Below, piece after piece: positions 1 through 9,762 of a stretch of DNA of 64,000 bases (positions are counted from its first letter, which is position 1; every line of letters begins with the position of its first letter). A program made the translations under genes and the position numbers. This DNA is from Pseudomonadota bacterium (GTDB lineage Bacteria; Pseudomonadota; Gammaproteobacteria; Pseudomonadales; UBA5862). The DNA is taken from the NCBI GenBank assembly GCA_034189125.1, contig JAXHVB010000111.1, positions 2,105 through 66,104 on the forward strand. The letters run 5' to 3'. The notes beneath the pieces are model-generated. The model was not told where the DNA came from. It saw nothing but the letters and a program-made list of their open reading frames with translations, and ran no database searches.

Positions 1-1
1 C

Positions 2-847
2 TCCCAGGTAGAAACCAGTCTCGGGCAGATCCCGGGCCCCCCCCAGGTTTGGGACGAGTTTCAGGGCCTGATGGCCGAACACGCTGCAGAGAGGGAGAAA
101 GCCGACGCCTTCTACGAACGCCAGATCGCACGCAATGAACAGCGCCTGGCGATCGACCCAACCTACGAGGCCAAGACCCGTCCCTACACAGGCAAACCGA
201 CGTATCTGGATCAAATCGTCACCAGCTTGTACACCGTGTTCGCCGGGTTTCTGCTGGCGACCATTATTGCGGTTCCGCTTGGAATCCTCTGTGGTCTCAG
301 CCGCACGATCAATTCCGCACTGAGCCTGCTCATTCAAATCTTCAAGCCAGTCTCTCCGCTGGCGTGGCTGCCGATCGTCACCATGGTGGTGAGTGCGGTG
401 TACGTGACAGACGCCGACGCCTGGTTCGAGAAGTCGTTTATCAACTCCGCCATCACTGTCACCCTCTGCTCTCTCTGGCCAACGCTGATCAACACCGCGC
501 TCGGCGTCGCATCAATCGATCGCGACCTGATGAACGTGGGCCGGGTGTTGCAGCTGGGGTGGTTAAATCGCGTCACGAAAATTGTACTTCCGTCTGCCCT
601 TCCGCTGATCTTCACCGGGCTGCGGCTCTCTCTCGGTGTCGGCTGGATGGTGCTCATCGCCGCAGAAATGCTGGCTCAGAACCCCGGGCTTGGAAAGTTT
701 GTGTGGGACGAATTCCAAAATGGCAGTTCCCATTCACTCGGTCGAATCATGGTTGCAGTGTTCACCATCGGGGTCATTGGGTTCTTGCTGGACAGAATCA
801 TGGCAACGCTCCAGCAGCTTTTCTCTTTCGGTCAAAAAAGCGCCTAG
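2..847 (+). CDS. nrtB: Nitrate/nitrite ABC transporter permease (NitT/TauT family), 5-prime truncated by the window edge
   Basis: The frame of ORF 71..847 stays open back to nt 2 ([23 protein letters not shown] precedes the listed Met). Multi-TM permease sequence with an EAA-like loop ([17 protein letters not shown]). The cognate ATPase starts 18 nt downstream and nirBD/nasA follow. Confidence 0.85.
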   Translation, partial: SQVETSLGQIPGPPQVWDEFQGLMAEHAAEREKADAFYERQIARNEQRLAIDPTYEAKTRPYTGKPTYLDQIVTSLYTVFAGFLLATIIAVPLGILCGLSRTINSALSLLIQIFKPVSPLAWLPIVTMVVSAVYVTDADAWFEKSFINSAITVTLCSLWPTLINTALGVASIDRDLMNVGRVLQLGWLNRVTKIVLPSALPLIFTGLRLSLGVGWMVLIAAEMLAQNPGLGKFVWDEFQNGSSHSLGRIMVAVFTIGVIGFLLDRIMATLQQLFSFGQKSA

Positions 848-865
848 GCGCAGGAGTTTCCTCCC

Positions 866-2533
866 ATGGGTACACTCTCAGTGCGCAACCTCGCCAAGAG
901 CTATGGCGAGGGAAAGGACAAAACCAACGTGCTCTCGAACCTCAACCTGGAGGTTCAAGATGGCGAGTTCGTGGCCATCGTTGGGTTCTCCGGAAGCGGC
1001 AAGACCACCCTGATCAATTCGATTGCGGGACTGATCAGCCCGGATCAGGGATCCGTGCTGTGCGACGGGAAACCGATCGCAGGTCCTGGGCCAGATCGTG
1101 GTTTGGTGTTCCAAAGCTATTCGCTGATGCCCTGGCTCACCGTTGAAGGCAACGTGGCGCTGGCCGTTGACCAGACCCACAAGCACTGCTCCAGGCAAGA
1201 GCGCAAAGCACGGGTCCACAAGTACATCGACATGGTTGGCCTCAGCCCCGCCAAGGAGAAGCGGCCGGCCGAACTGTCCGGCGGTATGCGCCAGCGGGTT
1301 TCGGTTGCCCGCGCCCTGGCCGCCAACCCAGACATCCTCCTCCTGGACGAGCCGCTCTCGGCGCTGGATGCCCTCACCCGTGCCAATTTGCAGGACGAGA
1401 TCCTGCGAATCTGGGAAGAGGATAGAAAGACGGTGATTCTGATCACCAACGACGTCGACGAAGGGCTGCTCATGGCGGACCGCATCATTCCACTGCGACC
1501 CGGTCCCAACGCAACCTTTGGCCCCGAATTCGTGGTCGACCTACCAAGACCGCGTGACCGCAGCGCAATGAACCACGACCCCGAATTCAAGGCGCTACGA
1601 CATGCCATCACCGAATACCTGATCGGGGTTGGGATGCAAGATCAGAACTCCGGCGCCGGGACCGACTTGAAGCTGCCGCCGGTACGGCCCAACACCAGCA
1701 ACGACTTCCGTCTCGACACCTCCGCCCTGAAGCCTGACAGCAGTGACGTCGGCCGCGCGCGCTATCTGGAGTTTGCCAAGGTCAGCAAGGTCTATCCCGG
1801 CCCCCGCGGGCCCATCACTGTGGTCAAGGAATTCGACCTGATCATGCCGAAAGGCGAGTTCGTCTCTGTGATTGGCCATTCCGGATGCGGAAAGTCCACA
1901 GTGCTTTCCATGACTGCGGGACTCACCGAGATCAGTTCAGGCGGAATCGTACTGGACAACAAAGAGGTGCGCGGCGCGGGGCCAGAACGAGCGGTGGTGT
2001 TTCAAGCGCCAAGCTTATTCCCCTGGATGACGGCATTCGAAAACGTCGCTCTGGGTGTGGAAGAAGTGTACCCACATGCCACCCGCGATGAGCGGGCAGA
2101 CATCTGTGAGTACTACCTCACTCGTGTCGGGCTCGGAGACGCGCTGCATAAAAAGGCGGGCGACCTTTCCAATGGAATGAAGCAGCGAGTCGGGATTGCT
2201 CGAGCCTTTGCCCTGTCTCCCAAGCTTCTGCTGCTCGATGAACCCTTCGGGATGCTCGATTCGCTGACTCGGTGGGAGCTTCAAGAGGTACTTATGGAGG
2301 TGTGGAGTCGCTCCCGGCTGACAGCAATGATGGTCACGCACGACGTGGATGAAGCGATATTGCTCGCTGATCGCGTGGTGATGATGACCAATGGACCCGA
2401 AGCCCGGGTGGGAAAGATCCTGGAAGTCGACCTGCCCCGGCCACGCTCTCGCAAGGCCCTGCTGGCCCATCCCGACTACTACCGACTGCGAGAAGAGCTC
2501 ATCAGCTTTCTGGCCGAATGTGACCGGCACTGA
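866..2533 (+). CDS. Nitrate ABC transporter ATP-binding protein with two fused nucleotide-binding domains (NrtC/NrtD-like tandem)
   Basis: Two complete ABC ATPase modules in one 555-aa ORF: GFSGSGKT ... LSGGMRQR ... ILLLDEP and GHSGCGKS ... LSNGMKQR ... LLLLDEP. Position between the permease and nirB. Confidence 0.9.
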   Translation: MGTLSVRNLAKSYGEGKDKTNVLSNLNLEVQDGEFVAIVGFSGSGKTTLINSIAGLISPDQGSVLCDGKPIAGPGPDRGLVFQSYSLMPWLTVEGNVALAVDQTHKHCSRQERKARVHKYIDMVGLSPAKEKRPAELSGGMRQRVSVARALAANPDILLLDEPLSALDALTRANLQDEILRIWEEDRKTVILITNDVDEGLLMADRIIPLRPGPNATFGPEFVVDLPRPRDRSAMNHDPEFKALRHAITEYLIGVGMQDQNSGAGTDLKLPPVRPNTSNDFRLDTSALKPDSSDVGRARYLEFAKVSKVYPGPRGPITVVKEFDLIMPKGEFVSVIGHSGCGKSTVLSMTAGLTEISSGGIVLDNKEVRGAGPERAVVFQAPSLFPWMTAFENVALGVEEVYPHATRDERADICEYYLTRVGLGDALHKKAGDLSNGMKQRVGIARAFALSPKLLLLDEPFGMLDSLTRWELQEVLMEVWSRSRLTAMMVTHDVDEAILLADRVVMMTNGPEARVGKILEVDLPRPRSRKALLAHPDYYRLREELISFLAECDRH

Positions 2534-2586
2534 CCGGCAACGGCCTCGGTGTTTTCAAATTCATCTCACGCTGGAGGAAACTTTCA

Positions 2587-5124
2587 ATGACCCAACAACG
2601 CCTCATCGTCATCGGCAACGGAATGGTGGGTCACAAGTTCCTGGAATCACTCCACGACCAGGACGCTGACCACCTGGAACACCACACCACGGTCATCTGT
2701 GAAGAGACCCGTCCAGCATATGACCGGGTTCAGCTGTCGTCGTTTTTCTCCGGAAAATCTGCGGACGACTTGTCGCTTGTCGCGCCTAACTTTTTCGATC
2801 GCGACGAGATCGACCTGCAGCTCAACGCCCGGGCGCTACAGATCGACCGTGAGCGAAAGCTGGTGCACACCAGTTCCGGAGACAAAGTTCCCTATGACAA
2901 GCTGGTACTGGCAACCGGATCTTACCCTTTTGTACCGCCGATTCCCGGCAAGGACCGGCCCGGCTGTCATGTCTACCGGACATTGGAAGACCTGGAGAAA
3001 ATTCGTGCCAGCGCCAAGAACGCCCGCGTGGGAGTGGTGGTTGGCGGCGGGTTGCTCGGCCTCGAAGCGGCCAAGGCACTGCGGGACCTTGGCCTTAAGA
3101 CCCATGTCGTGGAATTTGCGCCCCGCCTCATGGCCGTTCAACTCGACGACGCTGGCGGAACCATGCTGCGGCGTAAGATCGAGGCGCTGGGCGTTCAGGT
3201 TCACACAGAGAAGAACACCAAGGAAATCGTCGATGGCCAGTCTTATCCACATAGGATGGTCTTCGCCGATGGTGACGAACTTGAGACAGACCTGATTGTA
3301 TTCTCCGCCGGCATTCGCCCGCGGGACGAAATTGCCCGGGAAGCAGGACTGGAAGTGGGCCCCCGAGGTGGGGTGGTCATCGATGATCACTGTGCCACCT
3401 CCGACCCTAACATCTTTGCGATTGGTGAAGTCGCGCTCTGGGGCGGTCGGATCTACGGCCTGGTGGCGCCGGGTTATGCCATGGCCCGAGTGGCAGCTGC
3501 CCAAGTCATCGGCAACACCCAAGCGGCGTTTCGCGGCGCGGACATGAGCACAAAGCTCAAGCTCATGGGCGTCGATGTCGCCAGCATTGGCGACTCTCAG
3601 GGTCGCACCGAAGGCTGCTTGAGCTACAGCCTGATTGACGAGCGAAACGAAGTCTACAAACGCATCGTGACCGATGCAGAAGGCAAGAAATTGCTCGGCG
3701 CTGTACTTGTCGGTGACACCGAGTCCTACAACGACTTACTGCAGACAATGCTGAATGAACTGCCCCTGCCCCCCCAGCCGGAAGCACTGTTGCTGCCTGG
3801 CGTCGAGGGTGATGCGGTGGCTCTGGATTCATCCGCACTGCCCGACAGCGCACAGGTCTGCTCGTGCAACAGTGTGTCGAAAGGGGACCTGTGCGCTGCC
3901 ATCGAATCCGGCGCCCAGACCTTGGGAGCGCTCAAGGACGGTACGCGTGCATCAACGACCTGCGGCGGCTGTGCACCGCTGGTCACGCAAATTCTTAACC
4001 ACGAGCTGACTGTCCGTGGAATCGAAGTAAACAGGGACATCTGTCCACACTTTCCATTTTCTCGCCAGGACCTGTACTACCTGGTGCGTGTCGAGCAAAT
4101 CAAAACCTTCGATGCACTGCTCGCAGCCCATGGCCGTGGCCGTGGCTGCGAAATCTGCAAGCCAGCGGTTGCCTCCATTCTCGCCTCCTGTTGGAACGAG
4201 CACATCCTAGAGCCACAACATGCTCCCCTACAGGACACCAACGACCGTCACCTCGCCAATATGCAGAAGGATGGCACCTACTCGATCGTCCCACGGGTTG
4301 CCGGCGGAGAAATCACCCCGGAGAAGCTCATCGTTCTGGGTGAGGTCGCGCGCGACTACGACCTCTATACGAAGATCACCGGCGGCCAGCGCGTTGACCT
4401 GTTCGGCGCACGTCTGGACCAACTCCCGGAAATCTGGGAGCGACTGATCGCCGCAGGCTTCGAATCAGGTCACGCCTATGGCAAGGCGCTGCGCACCGTG
4501 AAGTCCTGCGTGGGCAACACCTGGTGCCGTTACGGCGTGCAGGACAGTGTCGGAATGGCCGTTCTGCTTGAGAACCGCTACAAGGGCCTCCGGGCCCCAC
4601 ACAAGCTCAAGCTGGGGGTCTCCGGATGCACCCGGGAATGCGCTGAAGCGCAGGCAAAGGACGTCGGCGTCATTGCCACCGAGAAGGGCTGGAACCTGTA
4701 TGTCTGTGGCAACGGTGGGGTGCGCCCCCGCCATGCCGAACTGTTCGCATCGGACCTCGACGATCTGACCCTGATTCGCACCATCGACCGCTTCCTCATG
4801 TTCTACGTGCGCACCGCAGACCGCCTGCAGCGCACCTCGGTGTGGCGTGAGCAGGTCGAAGGTGGCCTCGACTACCTCAAGGAAGTGGTCCTGGAGGACC
4901 GGCTCGGCATCTGTGGTGACCTGGAGGTCGAAATGCAGCACATCATCGATACCTACCAATGCGAATGGAAAACTGCCGTCGAAACCCCAGAAAAACGCAG
5001 TCAGTTCAAAGCGTTTTTGAACACCGAATCAGCGGACCAGAGCCTCAGGTACGTGCGCGAGCGAAACCAGCGCCGCCCTGCCCGATCGGATGAGCAAGCG
5101 CTCCCGGTCGCGGAGGTGAGCTAG
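2587..5124 (+). CDS. nirB: Assimilatory NAD(P)H nitrite reductase, large subunit
   Basis: 845 aa. N-terminal FAD/NAD Rossmann motifs (VIGNGMVGH, VVGGGLLGLEAA). BFD-like 2Fe-2S cysteines (CSCNSVSKGD ... CGGC). Siroheme/4Fe-4S region (SGCTRECAEAQ ... VCGNGG). Confidence 0.95.
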   Translation: MTQQRLIVIGNGMVGHKFLESLHDQDADHLEHHTTVICEETRPAYDRVQLSSFFSGKSADDLSLVAPNFFDRDEIDLQLNARALQIDRERKLVHTSSGDKVPYDKLVLATGSYPFVPPIPGKDRPGCHVYRTLEDLEKIRASAKNARVGVVVGGGLLGLEAAKALRDLGLKTHVVEFAPRLMAVQLDDAGGTMLRRKIEALGVQVHTEKNTKEIVDGQSYPHRMVFADGDELETDLIVFSAGIRPRDEIAREAGLEVGPRGGVVIDDHCATSDPNIFAIGEVALWGGRIYGLVAPGYAMARVAAAQVIGNTQAAFRGADMSTKLKLMGVDVASIGDSQGRTEGCLSYSLIDERNEVYKRIVTDAEGKKLLGAVLVGDTESYNDLLQTMLNELPLPPQPEALLLPGVEGDAVALDSSALPDSAQVCSCNSVSKGDLCAAIESGAQTLGALKDGTRASTTCGGCAPLVTQILNHELTVRGIEVNRDICPHFPFSRQDLYYLVRVEQIKTFDALLAAHGRGRGCEICKPAVASILASCWNEHILEPQHAPLQDTNDRHLANMQKDGTYSIVPRVAGGEITPEKLIVLGEVARDYDLYTKITGGQRVDLFGARLDQLPEIWERLIAAGFESGHAYGKALRTVKSCVGNTWCRYGVQDSVGMAVLLENRYKGLRAPHKLKLGVSGCTRECAEAQAKDVGVIATEKGWNLYVCGNGGVRPRHAELFASDLDDLTLIRTIDRFLMFYVRTADRLQRTSVWREQVEGGLDYLKEVVLEDRLGICGDLEVEMQHIIDTYQCEWKTAVETPEKRSQFKAFLNTESADQSLRYVRERNQRRPARSDEQALPVAEVS

Positions 5125-5247
5125 TGGCCCTTCGTGGGGCCACCTCATCAGCATGTGCAACCTGTTTCAACCCGGACCGCAGGATTTGACCCCAGGGTTC
5201 ACTGCCACGCGCACGACACTTCACGTTGACAGCTGAGAGATTAAACA

Positions 5248-5604
5248 ATGAATGCACCTTCTCAAATCGATTGGGAGTGGCGATCGGCATGTCCACTTTC
5301 GGCGCTCACAGCCAACCTCGGCGCCTGTGTGCTCCTTGAAGGCAAGCAGATCGCGCTGTTCTACCTAGGTGAGACGGCCGAACTCTACGCGGTCGACAAC
5401 CATGATCCACTGGGCGGGGCACCCGTCATTTCACGTGGGATCGTCGGCGACATCGACGGTGATCCAGTCGTCTCCTCACCCCTGTATAAGCAGCACTTTT
5501 CCCTGACCAGCGGCAAGTGCTACGAGGACGAATCCGTACAGCTCTCGGTGTACCCGGTTCGTCTGCAAGGCGAGCACGTACAAATCGGGCTGCCAAAAAC
5601 CTAA
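5248..5604 (+). CDS. nirD: Nitrite reductase small subunit (Rieske-like fold)
   Basis: 118 aa of typical NirD length and sequence (GACVLLEGKQIALFY ... HDPLGGAPVISRGIVGD ... SPLYKQHFSLTSGKC), directly after nirB. Confidence 0.9.
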   Translation: MNAPSQIDWEWRSACPLSALTANLGACVLLEGKQIALFYLGETAELYAVDNHDPLGGAPVISRGIVGDIDGDPVVSSPLYKQHFSLTSGKCYEDESVQLSVYPVRLQGEHVQIGLPKT

Positions 5605-5637
5605 CCACCACCAGCGACCCCCAGCCAGAGCCTGCCC

Positions 5638-6885
5638 ATGCACAGACCGAAGCTTGTCATCATCGGAAACGGAATGGCGTGTTGTCGTTTGCTGGACGAA
5701 TTGGTACAGCTTGCGCCTGGCCGCCATGACATCGAAGTGTTTGGCAGCGAAGCCACCGGCGGCTACAACCGCATCCTGCTTTCACCGCTGGTTGCAGGCC
5801 AGCTTGGTCCGCAGGACATTGAGCTGCACACCTCCGACTGGTACGAGGAGCACGGAATCCTGCGCCACTGCGGCGAGGCGATTGTCGAGATCAACCGAGA
5901 GACCCGCACGCTGACCAGCTCGAAGGGCCGCCAGGTGCACTACGACCAACTGGTGGTCGCCACTGGGTCCCGCGCCCGAGTTCCTGAGATCCCTGGCACC
6001 GACCTCTCCGGGGTTCGAGTGCTGCGCACCCTCGACGACGCCGATGCCCTAATCGGGCAGACCCGCGACGACTCGGGCAAACGCTTCGTGGTTGCCGGTG
6101 GCGGCCTTCTTGGACTCGAAGCGGCTTGGGGGCTGCGCCAGCGCGGCGCTAAGGTCACCGTGGTGCACAACAGCGAGCGACTGATGAACCGCCAGCTTGA
6201 TCACAAGGCCTCAGACATTCTGTACCACCAGCTGCGCGCTTGTGGGATTGAGTTCGTGATGAACGCTCGCCTCGCCAGCCTCTCCGGACCCGGTCGAATC
6301 GAATCGATTCAGCTGGCAGACGGACACAAGCTCGATGCCGATGTGGTGCTTTTTGCCATTGGCATCGTGCCGGAGACCAGCTTGGCCTGCGCATCTGGGC
6401 TCGACACGGCAAAGGCGGTGGTTGTCGACGCACAACTGCGAACCAGCGACCCCAGGGTGTTCGCACTCGGCGAATGCTCGGAGTTTCAGGGTCAGACCTT
6501 TGGCACGGTGGAACCCATCTACCGCCAGGCTGCGGTACTCGCGCGCGTACTCACTGGCGATGAGCAAGCGAAGTTCGGGCTCGCGACGACGCCAACCCAA
6601 CTGAAAATCAGCGGAATGCCGCTGTTTTCCTCTGGCGCCTACGTGGATGATTCCGCCGAGGAGATGGCCTATCTGGAACCGGACCGCGGGACCTACCGAA
6701 AACTCTCGGTTCGTGACGGCCGCCTCGTTGGCGTGCTGCTGCTCGGCGACACCAGTGATGCCCTTTGGTATCAAGAACTGATTGACCGAAGTCAACAGAT
6801 CGACCGGATGCGCGACATTCTGGTGTTCGGTAGGGCCTTCGCCGAGTCCGCAGAGCAACCTGGAGGGGTACCATGCCTCCAGTAG
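5638..6885 (+). CDS. FAD/NAD(P)H pyridine-nucleotide-disulfide oxidoreductase, NasC-like electron-transfer subunit of assimilatory nitrate reductase
   Basis: 415 aa resembling the NirB N-terminal reductase module (VIIGNGMACCR, VVAGGGLLGLEAA). Its stop overlaps the nasA start by 13 nt. Confidence 0.8.
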   Translation: MHRPKLVIIGNGMACCRLLDELVQLAPGRHDIEVFGSEATGGYNRILLSPLVAGQLGPQDIELHTSDWYEEHGILRHCGEAIVEINRETRTLTSSKGRQVHYDQLVVATGSRARVPEIPGTDLSGVRVLRTLDDADALIGQTRDDSGKRFVVAGGGLLGLEAAWGLRQRGAKVTVVHNSERLMNRQLDHKASDILYHQLRACGIEFVMNARLASLSGPGRIESIQLADGHKLDADVVLFAIGIVPETSLACASGLDTAKAVVVDAQLRTSDPRVFALGECSEFQGQTFGTVEPIYRQAAVLARVLTGDEQAKFGLATTPTQLKISGMPLFSSGAYVDDSAEEMAYLEPDRGTYRKLSVRDGRLVGVLLLGDTSDALWYQELIDRSQQIDRMRDILVFGRAFAESAEQPGGVPCLQ

Positions 6886-9722
6886 TCAAGCGTGGAGAGG
6901 TGTCGTCGGACCAGGTCACCGACACCACCTGCGCATACTGCGGCGTGGGATGCGGAATCAAAGTGTTTCGAGACGAGGCCAAGCCTTCTCAAGGCACCGA
7001 GCGGTGCTGGAACCTGGCCGCAGATACTGCCCATCCGGCAAACCTCGGTCGGCTGTGCTCGAAGGGCTCGGCCTTGACAGAAACCCTGGGGATGCAGGGC
7101 CGGCTCTTGTCGCCGAAGATCCATGGTCAGAATGTCAACTGGAATCGCGCACTCGACCACGTGGCCAAGCGCTTTTCCGAGACCCTGAAAATACATGGTC
7201 CCAATGCAGTGGCCCTGTACGTATCTGGCCAGTTGCTCACAGAGGACTACTACGTCGCCAACAAGCTCACCAAAGGCTTCATGGGCAGCGGCAACATCGA
7301 CACCAACTCACGGCTGTGCATGTCATCTGCCGTGGCGGCCCACACCCGCGCATTCGGCGAAGACCTGGTGCCCGGCTGCTACCAGGACCTGGAGATCGCA
7401 GACCTTGTCGTGCTGGTGGGTTCCAACACCGCCTGGGCACACCCAGTGGTCTACCAGCGCATCGCTGCAGCGAAGGAACAGCGCCCACAGATGCGCGTGG
7501 TGGTTGTCGACCCCCGTCGAACGGCGACCTGCGAAATCGCCGACCTGCACCTTGCGATTGAACCCGGCAGCGATGCGGTCCTGTTCAATGGTGTGCTCGC
7601 GGCGCTCGCGGACACCGGCCAGCTCGACGATGGATTCATCGCTGCTCATACTCAGGGATTCGACCAAACACTCGACAGCGCCCGCCGCACCGCCCCAAGC
7701 GCCGCCGCGGTCGCGGCCTTGTGTAAGAGCTCAACGCAGGACGTGGAGCGCTTTCTTGACTGGTTCTGCCATACCGAGCGCGTCGTGACCCTGTTTTCTC
7801 AAGGCATCAACCAATCCTCCAGTGGCGTCGACAAGGGCAACGCCATCATCAACTGTCACCTGGCGTCCGGCCGCATCGGCAAGCCCGGCGCCGCGCCGTT
7901 CTCAATCACCGGGCAACCCAACGCCATGGGCGGGCGTGAGGTTGGTGGCCTCGCCAGCATGCTGGCTGCGCACATGCCGTTTGGCTCACCGGATGACCTG
8001 GACCGCGTCGCACGGTTCTGGAAAGCGCCGAGAATCGCCGCCGGCCCAGGCCTCAAAGCCGTCGATTTATTTCGCGCAGTCCATGCAGGTCAGGTGCGAG
8101 CGCTTTGGATTGCCGGCACCAACCCGGCCGTCAGCATGCCTGAATCCGATTTCGTTCAAGAGGCGCTGCGCCGCTGCGAATTTCTTGTGGTCTCCGAGTG
8201 CGTGGAGGTCACCGACACCAGCCGCTACGCCGAGGTGCTGTTGCCCGCCGCCGGCTGGGGCGAGAAGGATGGGACCGTCACCAACTCGGAGCGCCGCATC
8301 TCCAGACAGCGGGCGTTCTTGCCCTTGCCAGGCGAGGCCCGGCCGGATTGGTGGATGTTCGCGCAAGTTGGCGCACGCCTCGGACACCCTAAAGCCTTCG
8401 ACTACCCCAGCGCCGCGGCAGTGTTCCGTGAACACGCGGCACTCTCCGGGTTTGAGAACAACGCCAGCCGTGCGTTCGACATCAGCGGCCTGCACTCGAT
8501 CAGTGACCAGGCCTACGACCAACTCCAGCCTGTTCAGTGGCCCGTCAACACCGCGCACCCCCAAGGCTGTGAGCGCCTGTTCAGCGACGGGCGATTCTAC
8601 ACGGCCGACCAGCGGGCTCGGTTCATCCCGGTCCAGCCCGAGGCCCCACGGGCGCGGCTTGATCAATCGCATCCGGTGCTGCTCAACACCGGCCGGCTGC
8701 GAGACCAGTGGCACACCATGACCCGAACCGGGAAGGTGCCGCGGCTGACCCAGCACCGGGAAGAGCCCGAGCTGTCTCTGTCTCCGGAGGACGCCGACCG
8801 ACTGGGGTGCAAAGCGGGCGACCTCGTTGAGGTTGAAAATGAGCGAGGCCGCCTCGTTCTGCGTTTGCGGTTGGACCCTGGCATGCAGTCGGGGCAGGCC
8901 TTCGCGCCCATCCACTGGAACGACCAATACGCCGCCCATGCACGCGTGGGTCAGCTCATCGCGGCTGTGACCGACCCCCATTCCGGGCAGCCGGAATTCA
9001 AACAGACCGCCGTGCGGGTTTCGCCTTACCAACCCGCCTGGCAAGGCTTTCTCGTTACACGCGGACCGATTCCCGCACCTGCGGTGGACTACTGGGTACG
9101 CCTCGAACGGCCCCAGTGCGCTCGGTTTGAATTGGCGGATCGGCGCCCGGTCCAGGATTTTCGGCAGTGGCTGCTGGAGCACACCAGTACGCCCTTGGGG
9201 ATCGATTCCCGCGACGCCACGGTACTTGAGTACTCCGACACGGGAACCGGGCGCACACGCCTCGCGCTCATTGCCGACGACCGGCTCCAAGCCGTCGCCT
9301 ACCTGGACCCAGCCGGAAGACTCCCGCCGCGGGACTGGATTGAAGAGCAGTTTCACGCCGACCAACTGCCTATCGAGCAACGCCGTGCCCTGCTCGCCGG
9401 CCGCCCAAGCTCAGGCTTGCAGGATACGGGGCCGGTCATTTGCTCCTGCTTTCAGGTCGGAAAACACAGCATTCTGGACGTGATCACCCGCCAGGGCGCC
9501 ACCAACGTCGAACAAATCGGTGCCCAGCTGCGGGCCGGAACCAATTGCGGCTCCTGCATACCGGAGCTGCGCAACCTGATCGTGGATGCGAATGCCGCTG
9601 CCGACTCCGCTGCGCCAGTTGAAGCTCCGGCCGGCATCACCGTCGATGAGGTTTCCGGTGCAGCGCCACAGCCAACCCAACCCGACGCTCGATCGGCAGT
9701 GTCCGGCCGCAGCGGTGATTGA
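6873..9722 (+). CDS. nasA: Assimilatory nitrate reductase catalytic subunit (molybdopterin oxidoreductase with C-terminal BFD-like 2Fe-2S domain)
   Basis: N-terminal 4Fe-4S motif CAYCGVGCG. Molybdopterin oxidoreductase body (SRLCMSSAVAAH, ITGQPNAMGGREVGG). C-terminal CSCFQV ... CGSC BFD-type cluster motif. Confidence 0.93.
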   Translation: MPPVVKRGEVSSDQVTDTTCAYCGVGCGIKVFRDEAKPSQGTERCWNLAADTAHPANLGRLCSKGSALTETLGMQGRLLSPKIHGQNVNWNRALDHVAKRFSETLKIHGPNAVALYVSGQLLTEDYYVANKLTKGFMGSGNIDTNSRLCMSSAVAAHTRAFGEDLVPGCYQDLEIADLVVLVGSNTAWAHPVVYQRIAAAKEQRPQMRVVVVDPRRTATCEIADLHLAIEPGSDAVLFNGVLAALADTGQLDDGFIAAHTQGFDQTLDSARRTAPSAAAVAALCKSSTQDVERFLDWFCHTERVVTLFSQGINQSSSGVDKGNAIINCHLASGRIGKPGAAPFSITGQPNAMGGREVGGLASMLAAHMPFGSPDDLDRVARFWKAPRIAAGPGLKAVDLFRAVHAGQVRALWIAGTNPAVSMPESDFVQEALRRCEFLVVSECVEVTDTSRYAEVLLPAAGWGEKDGTVTNSERRISRQRAFLPLPGEARPDWWMFAQVGARLGHPKAFDYPSAAAVFREHAALSGFENNASRAFDISGLHSISDQAYDQLQPVQWPVNTAHPQGCERLFSDGRFYTADQRARFIPVQPEAPRARLDQSHPVLLNTGRLRDQWHTMTRTGKVPRLTQHREEPELSLSPEDADRLGCKAGDLVEVENERGRLVLRLRLDPGMQSGQAFAPIHWNDQYAAHARVGQLIAAVTDPHSGQPEFKQTAVRVSPYQPAWQGFLVTRGPIPAPAVDYWVRLERPQCARFELADRRPVQDFRQWLLEHTSTPLGIDSRDATVLEYSDTGTGRTRLALIADDRLQAVAYLDPAGRLPPRDWIEEQFHADQLPIEQRRALLAGRPSSGLQDTGPVICSCFQVGKHSILDVITRQGATNVEQIGAQLRAGTNCGSCIPELRNLIVDANAAADSAAPVEAPAGITVDEVSGAAPQPTQPDARSAVSGRSGD

Positions 9723-9762
9723 ACCCCAAAACCGAAGTGTCTTACCCTGAGGAGTACAGCGA

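Noticed and set aside
135-1146. Alternative-frame ORFs overlapping the permease and ATPase genes (135..323, 364..1146, 636..1013)
   Set aside because: They are out-of-frame overlaps with genes that have clear ABC-transporter motifs. Their products are Arg/Pro/Ser-rich, typical of shifted frames in GC-rich DNA.
8067-9380. 437-aa minus-strand ORF inside nasA
   Set aside because: It is antisense to a gene with clear molybdopterin-oxidoreductase and Fe-S motifs, and has no motifs of its own. The same reasoning applies to 13663..14637 (in secD), 18655..19683 (in ppk), 20058..21044, 23987..24997, 30233..31183, 42141..43040, 44226..45191, 45775..46971 and 62487..63368.
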